Source of the DNA: Chloroflexota bacterium
GTDB taxonomy: Bacteria > Chloroflexota > Limnocylindria > Limnocylindrales > CSP1-4
DNA length: 64,000 nt
Direction of reading: 5' to 3'
NCBI GenBank assembly: GCA_026004015.1
Contig: BPIH01000001.1
Coordinates: 95,236 to 159,235 of the forward strand
The notes under the pieces were generated by a model, which saw only the letters and a list, made by a program, of their open reading frames with translations, searched no databases and was not told where the DNA came from. Within the stretch, counting starts at the first letter, position 1; each line of letters opens with the position of its first letter. The position numbers and the translations under genes were made by a program. Positions 53,544 to 61,566 of this stretch are shown piece after piece.

Positions 53544-54928
53544 ATGCGACGTCTCCACCTCTTCTGGCCCCATCTCCTCCTCCATCTCGCTCTCCCTCGA
53601 GCCGCCTCGCCCCCGAGCGGCCAACGAGCCTCCACCTCCTGCGGGAGGCATCGACCTCGCGGGAGGCATCGACCGAGCCGATCGTCGTCGGCGGCCGCCC
53701 CTGGAACGGGGGCCTCGTCCTCGACGCCGACGGGCGGGCGCGGGCGCTCGGGATCCGACGCGGCATGACCCTCGCCGCCGCGGAGCGGCTGGCCCCCGAG
53801 ACCCGCTTCCTCGAGCCGGACCTCGGGGCCGCTCGGGCCGCCGTCGAGGCCGTCTTCGAGCGGCTGGCGGCCTTCAGCCCGACCCTCGCCGGGACGACCG
53901 AGCCGACGGATCCCGCCTTCGGCCTCGTCGAGGTCGGGATCGACGGCCTCGAAGCCCTCTGGGGTGAGGACCGGAGCCTCACCCGCCGGCTCGTCTCGGC
54001 CGTGGAGCCGCTCCTGCCGGTCCGGCCGAGGGTCGGGGTCGCCGGGACCCGGTTCGCCGCGACCATCGCCGCGGCCCGGGCCCGGCCGGCCGAACCGGTC
54101 ATCGTTCCGCCCGGCGGCGAGGCAGCCTTCCTGGCGCCGCTCCCATCGGCGGTCCTGACCACCGATCCCGAGACCCGGGAGCGCCTCCTCGGGTTCGGGC
54201 TCCGGCGGGTCGGGCAGATCGCGGCCCTCCCCCGGGCGGCCCTCGTCGCTCGGTTCGGGCCCGAGGGGAACCGGCTCCACGCTCGAGCCGTCGGCGAGGA
54301 GATCGAGCCCATCGAGCCTCGCCGGGCGCCCGAGCGGAGCGCCCTCGGCCTCGCCCTCGAACCAGCGGTCGACCGCCTCGACGCCCTCCGCTTCGTGCTC
54401 CACCGGCTCGTCGTCGGCCTCGTCGGGCACGTCGTTGCCCGGGGTCGGGCGGCCACGGCGGCCGAGCTTCGTTGCACCCTCGAGACCCGCTCGACGGGGT
54501 CGACCCCGAAGACGACCGTGACGATCCGCCAGGTCCTCCCCGAACCGACGGCCGACGGCGAAGCGATCGAACGCCTCCTCTTCGCCCGCCTCGAGCGGCA
54601 GCCCCCGCCGGCGCCGGTGGAACGCCTCGAGCTCGAGCTCGGCGGCCTCGTCCCGAACGCCGGACAGCAGCTCGAGCTCTTCGGGCGGCAGCGAGCGGAG
54701 CGTGGTCGGCTCGTCTGGCAGCTCGCTCGGTTCGCCATCGAGTTCGGCGCCGACCGGGTCGTCGAGGCGGAGATCCTCGACCCCGAGGCTCGATGGGCGG
54801 AGGCACGGAGCCGCTGGCGCCCGTCGGTGGTGTCGCCGCTCCCCGAGGGCGATGCCGTCGAACCGGCGTCGGCCCTCGCTTCGGCCGGTGGACCGGCGAG
54901 TCTCCCCGGCCCGAGGTCGGCGCGATGA
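53544..54928 (+). CDS. imuB: ImuB (catalytically inactive Y-family polymerase); probable frameshift at ~53600-53680
   Basis: N-terminus 'MRRLHLFWPHL' at 53544, then in the other frame 'ARALGIRRGMTLAAA', 'FSPTL', 'FLAPLP', 'GLRRVGQIA', 'ARFG', 'QLELF' (clamp-binding-like motif). Confidence 0.85.
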
Positions 54929-55173
54929 CCCGGCTCTATCGCGGCCACCCCGAGATCGAGGTCGAGGTCGACGAGGGAGGCCGGCCGCGTCGCCTCCGCT
55001 GGCTCGGTCGAAGCGAGCCGATCGAGGTCTGCAATCGGTGGCGGGTCAGCGAGGCGTGGTGGCGCGAACCGATCGAGCGCGAGTACTACAAGGTCGTCGG
55101 GCCGCGCTGGCTGGCGCTCATCTACCTCGACCGCCGGACCGGTTCGTGGCACCTCGAGCGGCTCTACGACTGA
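54925..55173 (+). CDS. DUF6504-like small protein often found with imuB/dnaE2
   Basis: 'PRRLRW...NRWRVSEAWW...REYYKV...LIYLD...W.LERLYD'; start overlaps the imuB stop. Confidence 0.75.
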   Translation: MTRLYRGHPEIEVEVDEGGRPRRLRWLGRSEPIEVCNRWRVSEAWWREPIEREYYKVVGPRWLALIYLDRRTGSWHLERLYD

Positions 55174-55200
55174 GCCTCCCGCGGCCGCCGTCGGCGGCGA

Positions 55201-55314
55201 TCAGCTCGGGGGACTGCCGCCGAAGAAGCTGACGACGAGGAGGACGAGGAAGAGGCCCACGACGAGTACGAGGAGCCCCACGTCCCTCGGCCGCGCTGTC
55301 TGCACCCCGATCAC
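55201..55314 (-). CDS. Putative 37-aa membrane peptide
   Basis: MIGVQTARPRDVGLLVLVVGLFLVLLVVSFFGGSPPS*; GC3-biased codons. Confidence 0.5.
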   Translation of the reverse strand: MIGVQTARPRDVGLLVLVVGLFLVLLVVSFFGGSPPS

Positions 55315-55485
55315 CCCCAAAGCGAGCGAATGGCGATGTGCCCGTGACGCCTCAACGATAGCCGAACCCGGCAACCGGCGCGTTGCGTTCTCGTCGATCG
55401 CGGGTCGAACCCGACTGAACCTCGCCCGAGGCGCCTCGGGTCCGAGGCCGCAACACGGACCCGGTCGGCACGAACCGGCCCGTTC

Positions 55486-55584
55486 TCAGCTCGGTAGAGC
55501 GGCGACGAAGGCAGCGACGACGAGGACGACGAGGACGAGGACGAGCAGACCGGCGCCGAGGAAGTCGCTGCGACGAGGCTCCAT
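55486..55584 (-). CDS. Putative 32-aa membrane peptide
   Basis: GGGAG RBS; MEPRRSDFLGAGLLVLVLVVLVVAAFVAALPS*. Confidence 0.55.
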   Translation of the reverse strand: MEPRRSDFLGAGLLVLVLVVLVVAAFVAALPS

Positions 55585-55677
55585 CGATGTCACTCCCAGA
55601 TGCGATGCGTCGGGACGGCTCCTCGGGCCGGCTCGGCCGGGGTCGACGACCAACCCGACCGATCGGCCCCGCGGGCG

Positions 55678-56246
55678 TCACTCGAAGGGGCAGGCTGCCC
55701 CATAGCGTACGAGAAGGACGGTCAGATCGCCCATCGGCCGAATCGTCGACCGGATTCGGCAGCCGTCGGTCCCCGTCGACTCGATGACGTAACTGCCGTC
55801 CTCGAAGGGGCCGCTCGCCGCGGCCGTCGCGAAGCCGGCGGCCTCGAGGTCCGAGCGGAGGGCGGTCGCCACCTCGACGGCGCTGCCCGGCACGGCGAAG
55901 GTGCCGCTCGCCGGCTCGCCGGGTTCGCGGACCTCCGTCGGTTCGGCGCCGGTCGGCAGCGGGAAGGTCGGCGGGAGGGCGTCCCAGATGCGGCCGATGC
56001 TCGTCTCCGACTGGGTCGGCAGGGACGGCGCGGCGCTCGGCGGCGGGTCGGGGTGGGGCTCTCCCCGCTTTGACCCGGGCTGGCCGGTGGGCTCGGGGCG
56101 CCGCTCGGCTCGGACGATGGCGGACTCGGGGTCGGGGTCGGCCCCCCACACGCAGCGGCCAGGACCGCGACGCCGATGAGGAGCGCGGCGAGGGGGCCGG
56201 TGCGCGGGAAAGACCGGGGTCGGTGACCAGGTGGCCGGTTGCTCAT
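55678..56246 (-). CDS. Putative lipoprotein; frameshift near 56060
   Basis: Lipobox 'VAVLAAAC-GG', Pro/Ser linker, then 'GRIWDALPPTFP...GCR...YGAACPFE' in the shifted frame. Confidence 0.7.
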
Positions 56247-56448
56247 GACTCGACGGAGATCGTAGCGCGGCATCGAGGTTCGAGCCGGTGGCCCCGGGCC
56301 GAACGTGGAGAGACCCGCCGCACGGACGTCGCGCGGCGGGTCTCCGTCGGCGGCTCTCCCGCTCACCAGGGAAGGCCGCGAGGTCGACGGGCCGGTACAC
56401 CCCAGCTCCGGCTCCGTCGCCGGGTCCCGTACGAAACGGGTCGTGCGA

Positions 56449-56652
56449 TCAGTGGGCGACTGCCGCCAGAAGGTCCGGGAGGACGATCTCGACGAGGAGG
56501 AAGACGAGACCGATCAGGCCGAGCCTGACGAGGACCGAACGGGCGATCGGGATCACCTGCGAACGCACGCCGATGAGACGTCGACGGGGGCCGAAATGTT
56601 GCGCCCCCGGCGGGGTCGACGGGGGCGGGGAGGGTCCGAGCGATGGGCGCAT
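56449..56652 (-). CDS. Possible small membrane protein divergent from dnaE2 (start uncertain)
   Basis: Hydrophobic C-terminal half 'SVLVRLGLIGLVFLLVEIVLPDLLAAVAH'. Confidence 0.4.
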   Translation of the reverse strand: MRPSLGPSPPPSTPPGAQHFGPRRRLIGVRSQVIPIARSVLVRLGLIGLVFLLVEIVLPDLLAAVAH

Positions 56653-56658
56653 GATGGT

Positions 56659-56677
56659 CGAACAGATGTTCTATACT
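56659..56677 (+). promoter_or_regulatory. LexA (SOS) box abutting the dnaE2 -10 element
   Basis: CGAAC-AGAT-GTTCT, overlapping TATACT (56672-77). Confidence 0.9.
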
Positions 56678-56687
56678 CGTGGGGCCG

Positions 56688-59600
56688 ATGGCCTACGCCG
56701 AGCTCCACTGCCACACGAACTTCTCCTTCCTCGACGGCGCCTCGGCCGCCGACGACCTCGTCGCCCGGGCCGTCGAGCTCGGTCTGGCCGGCCTGGCGGT
56801 GACCGATCACGCCGGCCTCTACGGGGTCGTCCGGTTCGTCGCGGCCGCCGAGGCCATCGGCCTCCACCCGGTCGTCGGCGTCGAGGTCGAGCTCGCCGAT
56901 CCGGCCGTTCCGGACCCTGGCGGCATCGTCGTTCCGGTCCGGCGGACGCGTCCCGCTCCCCGGCGGGACCGCTGGCCGAGGGACGAACGGCCTCCTCGTC
57001 GACGAGCCGGTCGACGGCCGGCCCGCCCGCCTCCGCTCGAACCGACCCCGCTTGCCCGGTCATCGGCCGCCCCTTCGGCCGGACCTCCGGGGCATCCCCG
57101 ACGAGAGCCGAGGCCCGCATCTCGTTCTGTTGGCCCGATCGCCGGCGGGGTACCGGAGCCTCTGTCGCCTCATCTCCCGGGCGAACCTGGCCGGCACGAA
57201 GGGCGTGCCCCGCCTCGACCACGCCCTCCTCGAAGCCCACACCGAGGGGCTCGTCGTCCTCTCCGGCTGCCGGCAGGGCGAGATCGCGCGGCGCCTCGTG
57301 GCCGGCGATCGGGCCGGTGCCCGAGCCGCTGCCGAGCGGTACGCCCGCCTCTTCGGTGCAGCCGACGACGTGGCCGGGAGCGGCTTCTTCCTCGAGCTGA
57401 ACCACCATCTCCTCCCCGACGACGACTGGCGAGTCGCCGAGACCGTCCGCCTCGCCGACGAGCTCGGCCTGCCGGTCGTCGTCACGAACGACGTCCACTA
57501 CGCCCGGCCCGAGGACCGCGAGCTCCACGACGTCCTGACGGCCATCCGCCACGGTCGAACCCTCGACACCCTCGGCCCCCTTCGAAGCCCGAGCGGGGAG
57601 TGCTACCTGAAGTCGGAGGCGGAGCTCGCCGCCCTCCCGCCCGCGACGGACGCGCCGGCCGTCGCCCGCGCCTGGCGGGCGGGCCTCGCTGCGGCGGCCG
57701 AGCTCGCCGCGGCCTGTTCGGTCGACCTCGGCTTCGAGCGATACCGCTTCCCGGGCTTCCCGGTCCCGGCCGGGGAGACCCCCTTCAGCTACCTTTCGAG
57801 CCTCTGCTGGGAGGGAGCCCGGCGGCGCTACCACCCCCTCACCCCGGCCGTCGTCCGGCAGCTCGCCCACGAGCTCGACGTCATCGAACGGACCGGGCTC
57901 GCCGAGTTCTTCCTCATCTGCTGGGACCTCATGGCCTTCGCCCGCCGGCGGGGGATCCCGGCCCAGGGGCGGGGGAGTGCCGCCGATTCCATCGTCGCCT
58001 ACGTCCTCGGCATCACCCGGGTCGACCCGATCCGCCACAACCTCCTCTTCGAGCGCTTCATCAACGAGGGCCGGACGACGTACCCGGACGTCGACATCGA
58101 CTTCTCGGCGGCCCGGCGGGAGGAGGTCATCCAGTACGTCTACGAGCGATACGGGGCCGAGCACACCGGCATGGTCTGCAACGTCGTCACCTACCGGGCC
58201 CGCTCGGCGGTCCGGGAGGTCGGCCTCGCCCTCGGCTTCCCGCGCCCCTTCGTCGACCGGGTGGCGAAGGCGGTCGAGACGTACGACTCGGTCATGGTCC
58301 GCCGCGACCTCGAGGCCGACGGCGGCTTCGCCCACCTCTTCCGGCGGCCGTCGAGGGGGCTGCCGGTTCGCCGGACGGCGTGGCCGCCGCCCGGGGGCTC
58401 GTCGACCGGATGGGGCGGCTCGCCGTCCCGGTTCGCCGGCGGACCGATCCGCTCCGGGACGGGACCCTCGACGGGCCCGCTCGGGACGGGACCCCCGGCG
58501 ACCGGCTCGGTCGACCGAGCCCCCATTCGGCCGTCGCCCGCCTGGAGCCCGAACCCACTCCCGCACCCCGCGGCGGCTCGACCGTCGGCTGGTCGGACTG
58601 GGAGCGCTGGCTCGAGCTCTGCGCCAGGCTCGACGGCTTCCCGCGCCACCTCTCGATCCACACCGGCGGCATGCTCGTCACCGCCGCCCCCCTCGTCGAC
58701 ATCGCCCCCCTCGAGCGGGCGACGATGCCGGGCCGGGTCGTCGTCCAGTACGACAAGCGGGACGTCGAGACCCTCAAGCTCATCAAGCTCGATCTCCTCG
58801 GCCTCGGGATGCTCGCCGCCATCGACGAGACCCTCGCCTGGATCGAGCACGACTGCGCCGTCTGCCTCGATCTCGACCGGCTGCCCGAGGACATTCCCGA
58901 GGTCTATGCCATGCTCGCCGCGGCCGATACCGTCGGCGTCTTCCAGGTCGAGAGCCGGGCCCAGATGCAGACCCTCCCGAAGTCGCGGCCGCGCTGCCTC
59001 GACGACCTCGTCGTGGAGGTGGCGATCATCCGCCCGGGACCGATCCAGGGCAACGCCGTCCACCCGTATCTCCGACGCCGCCAGGGCCTCGAGCCGGTGA
59101 TGTACCTCCATCCGTCCCTCGAGCCGATCCTGGCCGAGACCCTCGGCGTCATCCTCTACCAGGAACAGGTCATGCGGATCGCCATCGACGTCGCCGGGTT
59201 CTCGGCGGCCGAAGCGGACGGCTTTCGACGGGCCATGGGGACGTGGCGTTCGACCCGGGAGATGGAGAAACTCCACGAGCGGTTCGTCGAGGGCTGCATC
59301 GCCCACCGGGGACTCGATCGACCGACGGCCGAGGAGCTCTACCGCCAGGTCGCCGCCTTCGCCTCCTTCGGCTTCGCCAAGAGCCATGCCGCGGCCTTCG
59401 CCCGGACGGCCTACGAATCAGCCTTCCTCAAGTGCTTCTACCCGGCCCAGTTCCTCGTCGGCCTCGTCAACGCCCAGCCGATGGGCTTCTACCCGGTCGA
59501 GGTCCTCGTCAACGACGCGAAGCGCCACGGCGTCGCCGTCCTCCCCATCGACGTCAACGCCTCGGCCTACCGGACGACGACCGAATGGGTCGGCCGGCCG

Positions 59601-60575
59601 GGCTGGGTCCTCGCCGGGGCTGTCGGCGACGACGGATCGCGGGACGCCGAGCCGGGTGAGCCGCTCCCGCCGGGCTGCGGGATCGGCGAGCGGCCGCGGC
59701 CGGTTCGATCGGCCGGCTGCGTCATCCCGTCGGCCGCCGCCCGCGAGCGCTGGGCGGCCGAGAGCGCCCGGGGCTGGGGGGTCCGGCTCGGCCTCCACCT
59801 CGTCACCGGGCTCGGCGAGGAGGTCGGAGCGCGGATCGAGGCGGCCCGAGCCGAGGGCCCCTTCCGGGATCTCGTCGACCTCGTCGAGCGGACCGCCCTG
59901 CCCGAGGCGTTGCTCGAGCGGCTCATCCGGGCCGGAGCCCTCGACGGCTTCGGTCGGCCGCGGCGGGCGCTCCTCTGGGAGCTCCGGGAGGTGACGGGCG
60001 ACGGCCGACGGCGAGGGGTCAGGGCGGGCCGCGACGGAGGGACGGGGGCCGTCCGCGGGCCGATCCGAGCCATCGACCTTCGCCTGCCGCCGACGCCGGC
60101 CCCCGAGCTCCCGGCGCTCACGGAGGCGGAACGCCTCGGCGATGCCTACGCCGTCCTCGGTCTCGATCCGCGACGCCAGGTCGTCGAGCTCTTCCGGCCG
60201 GCCCTCGATCGACTCGGCGTCGTGCGGAACGCTGCCCTCGCCGAGCGGCCGCCGGGGAGGGTTCGGATCGCCGGTCTCGTCGTCACCCGCCAGCACCCGA
60301 TGACGGCCAAGGGGACGGTCTTCCTCGCCCTCGAGGACGAGACGGGGATGGTGAACGTCACCCTCTGGCCGACGGTCTGGGAGCGGGCTCGGCGGGTCGT
60401 CCGGCGCCATGCCCTCCTCGTCGTCGAGGGGCGGCTCCAGCGCGACGGGTCGGTCGTCAACGTCGTCGCCCGGCGGATCGAGCCCCTCGTCGAGGCGGCG
60501 GGGCGGGTCGGTGGTCCGCCGAACCCGCCGGGCGTTCGGGCCCTCGGCTACGCCGGTCTTCGGCGGCTCGGCTGA
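56688..60575 (+). CDS. dnaE2: Error-prone DNA polymerase DnaE2 (ImuC); frameshifts at ~56940-57050 and ~58340-58590
   Basis: 'YAELHCHTNFSFLDGAS', 'GRGSAADS', 'PDVDIDF', 'FPRHLSIHTGG', 'IKLDLLGL', 'GFAKSHAA', 'NAQPMGFY', 'RQHPMTAKG..FLALEDETG'. Confidence 0.95.
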   Translation: MAYAELHCHTNFSFLDGASAADDLVARAVELGLAGLAVTDHAGLYGVVRFVAAAEAIGLHPVVGVEVELADPAVPDPGGIVVPVRRTRPAPRRDRWPRDERPPRRRAGRRPARPPPLEPTPLARSSAAPSAGPPGHPRREPRPASRSVGPIAGGVPEPLSPHLPGEPGRHEGRAPPRPRPPRSPHRGARRPLRLPAGRDRAAPRGRRSGRCPSRCRAVRPPLRCSRRRGRERLLPRAEPPSPPRRRLASRRDRPPRRRARPAGRRHERRPLRPARGPRAPRRPDGHPPRSNPRHPRPPSKPERGVLPEVGGGARRPPARDGRAGRRPRLAGGPRCGGRARRGLFGRPRLRAIPLPGLPGPGRGDPLQLPFEPLLGGSPAALPPPHPGRRPAARPRARRHRTDRARRVLPHLLGPHGLRPPAGDPGPGAGECRRFHRRLRPRHHPGRPDPPQPPLRALHQRGPDDVPGRRHRLLGGPAGGGHPVRLRAIRGRAHRHGLQRRHLPGPLGGPGGRPRPRLPAPLRRPGGEGGRDVRLGHGPPRPRGRRRLRPPLPAAVEGAAGSPDGVAAARGLVDRMGRLAVPVRRRTDPLRDGTLDGPARDGTPGDRLGRPSPHSAVARLEPEPTPAPRGGSTVGWSDWERWLELCARLDGFPRHLSIHTGGMLVTAAPLVDIAPLERATMPGRVVVQYDKRDVETLKLIKLDLLGLGMLAAIDETLAWIEHDCAVCLDLDRLPEDIPEVYAMLAAADTVGVFQVESRAQMQTLPKSRPRCLDDLVVEVAIIRPGPIQGNAVHPYLRRRQGLEPVMYLHPSLEPILAETLGVILYQEQVMRIAIDVAGFSAAEADGFRRAMGTWRSTREMEKLHERFVEGCIAHRGLDRPTAEELYRQVAAFASFGFAKSHAAAFARTAYESAFLKCFYPAQFLVGLVNAQPMGFYPVEVLVNDAKRHGVAVLPIDVNASAYRTTTEWVGRPGWVLAGAVGDDGSRDAEPGEPLPPGCGIGERPRPVRSAGCVIPSAAARERWAAESARGWGVRLGLHLVTGLGEEVGARIEAARAEGPFRDLVDLVERTALPEALLERLIRAGALDGFGRPRRALLWELREVTGDGRRRGVRAGRDGGTGAVRGPIRAIDLRLPPTPAPELPALTEAERLGDAYAVLGLDPRRQVVELFRPALDRLGVVRNAALAERPPGRVRIAGLVVTRQHPMTAKGTVFLALEDETGMVNVTLWPTVWERARRVVRRHALLVVEGRLQRDGSVVNVVARRIEPLVEAAGRVGGPPNPPGVRALGYAGLRRLG

Positions 60576-60651
60576 TGAGTGCGGCGGCCGGGAGCGTCGG
60601 CGCTGGCGATGAGCGTCGGCGGCTCGGCAGACCGCGGGTGCCGGCGAGCGC

Positions 60652-61359
60652 TCAGCGGGCGCGACCGGCCGCCCGGCGGCTCCCTCGGCCCGGCCGGCGC
60701 CCCTGGTTCGGAGAGGTCAGGCGAAGGAAGCGACGATAGAAGCCGGCGAAGGCGCCGACGAGGATTCCGAAGGAGGGCGCGGCGAGGATGGCATAGACGG
60801 CGAGGTCGGGCTGCTGCTCGACGACCGAGCGGGTCTCCGGCACGGCCAGGAGGACGCCGGCGTAGAGCAGGGCGCCGACGAGGGCGACGACGCCTCCGGC
60901 CAGCCAGGCCCCTCGAGGGGCCAGGAGACCGGCGAGGAAGGGTCCGGCCATCGGCGGTGGGACGAGGAAGGTCTGGAAGACGATGATGGCGATCGTGTTC
61001 TCCCGGACGTCCGGGAGGAGGAAGGCGGCCGCGATGGCGGCCAAGACGAGGCTCGGCAGCCAGATCGCCTTCGTCCCCCGGACGAGGGTCGGCAGATAGG
61101 CGAGATCGGCCCGGATGTCGGCCGGGGCGGCGGCGAGCCGGAAGGCGGCCACGATCCCCATTCGGCCGCTCGGCAGGGTCTGGCTCGGCGAGCTCGGGCT
61201 CGGCGCGGTCCCTGCCCGGGGGCCGCTCCGCGGGGCTGCCGTGGCAGCCGGGGTCGCCGCGGCAGCCGGGGCGGCGGTCTCCCCGGACCGCTGGGCGGCG
61301 AGGGCCGCCCGGTAGCGGCGGCGCGCTTCGGCTCGGTCGGTTCTCTTGGCGCGGGCCAT
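60652..61359 (-). CDS. Hypothetical membrane protein
   Basis: Basic N-terminus (MARAKRTDRAEARRRYR), about four TM segments, GGAGG RBS. Confidence 0.75.
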   Translation of the reverse strand: MARAKRTDRAEARRRYRAALAAQRSGETAAPAAAATPAATAAPRSGPRAGTAPSPSSPSQTLPSGRMGIVAAFRLAAAPADIRADLAYLPTLVRGTKAIWLPSLVLAAIAAAFLLPDVRENTIAIIVFQTFLVPPPMAGPFLAGLLAPRGAWLAGGVVALVGALLYAGVLLAVPETRSVVEQQPDLAVYAILAAPSFGILVGAFAGFYRRFLRLTSPNQGRRPGRGSRRAAGRAR

Positions 61360-61566
61360 CGGTCCTCCGCGGTGGCAGGCTGACGGGTTCGTGGTCGGTG
61401 CTTCGGGTCGTCCCGGTCGTCGCGCTCGGTCTCGCCGGCTCGACGGCGCCGACCAATCCTACGGCACGGGCGGCGATCGAGATGAGTCGCCGATAAGGGC
61501 GATCCGCTAGAACGCTCGGTGCCCGCCCGAGGACCCGCCGCACGTGCCCGCCGGGGAGCTGGAGCC

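Noticed and set aside
55350-55480. Recurring CGAACCCG-like words as a third 51-bp array
   Set aside because: Spacing is irregular and the flanks do not match the 23-bp consensus.
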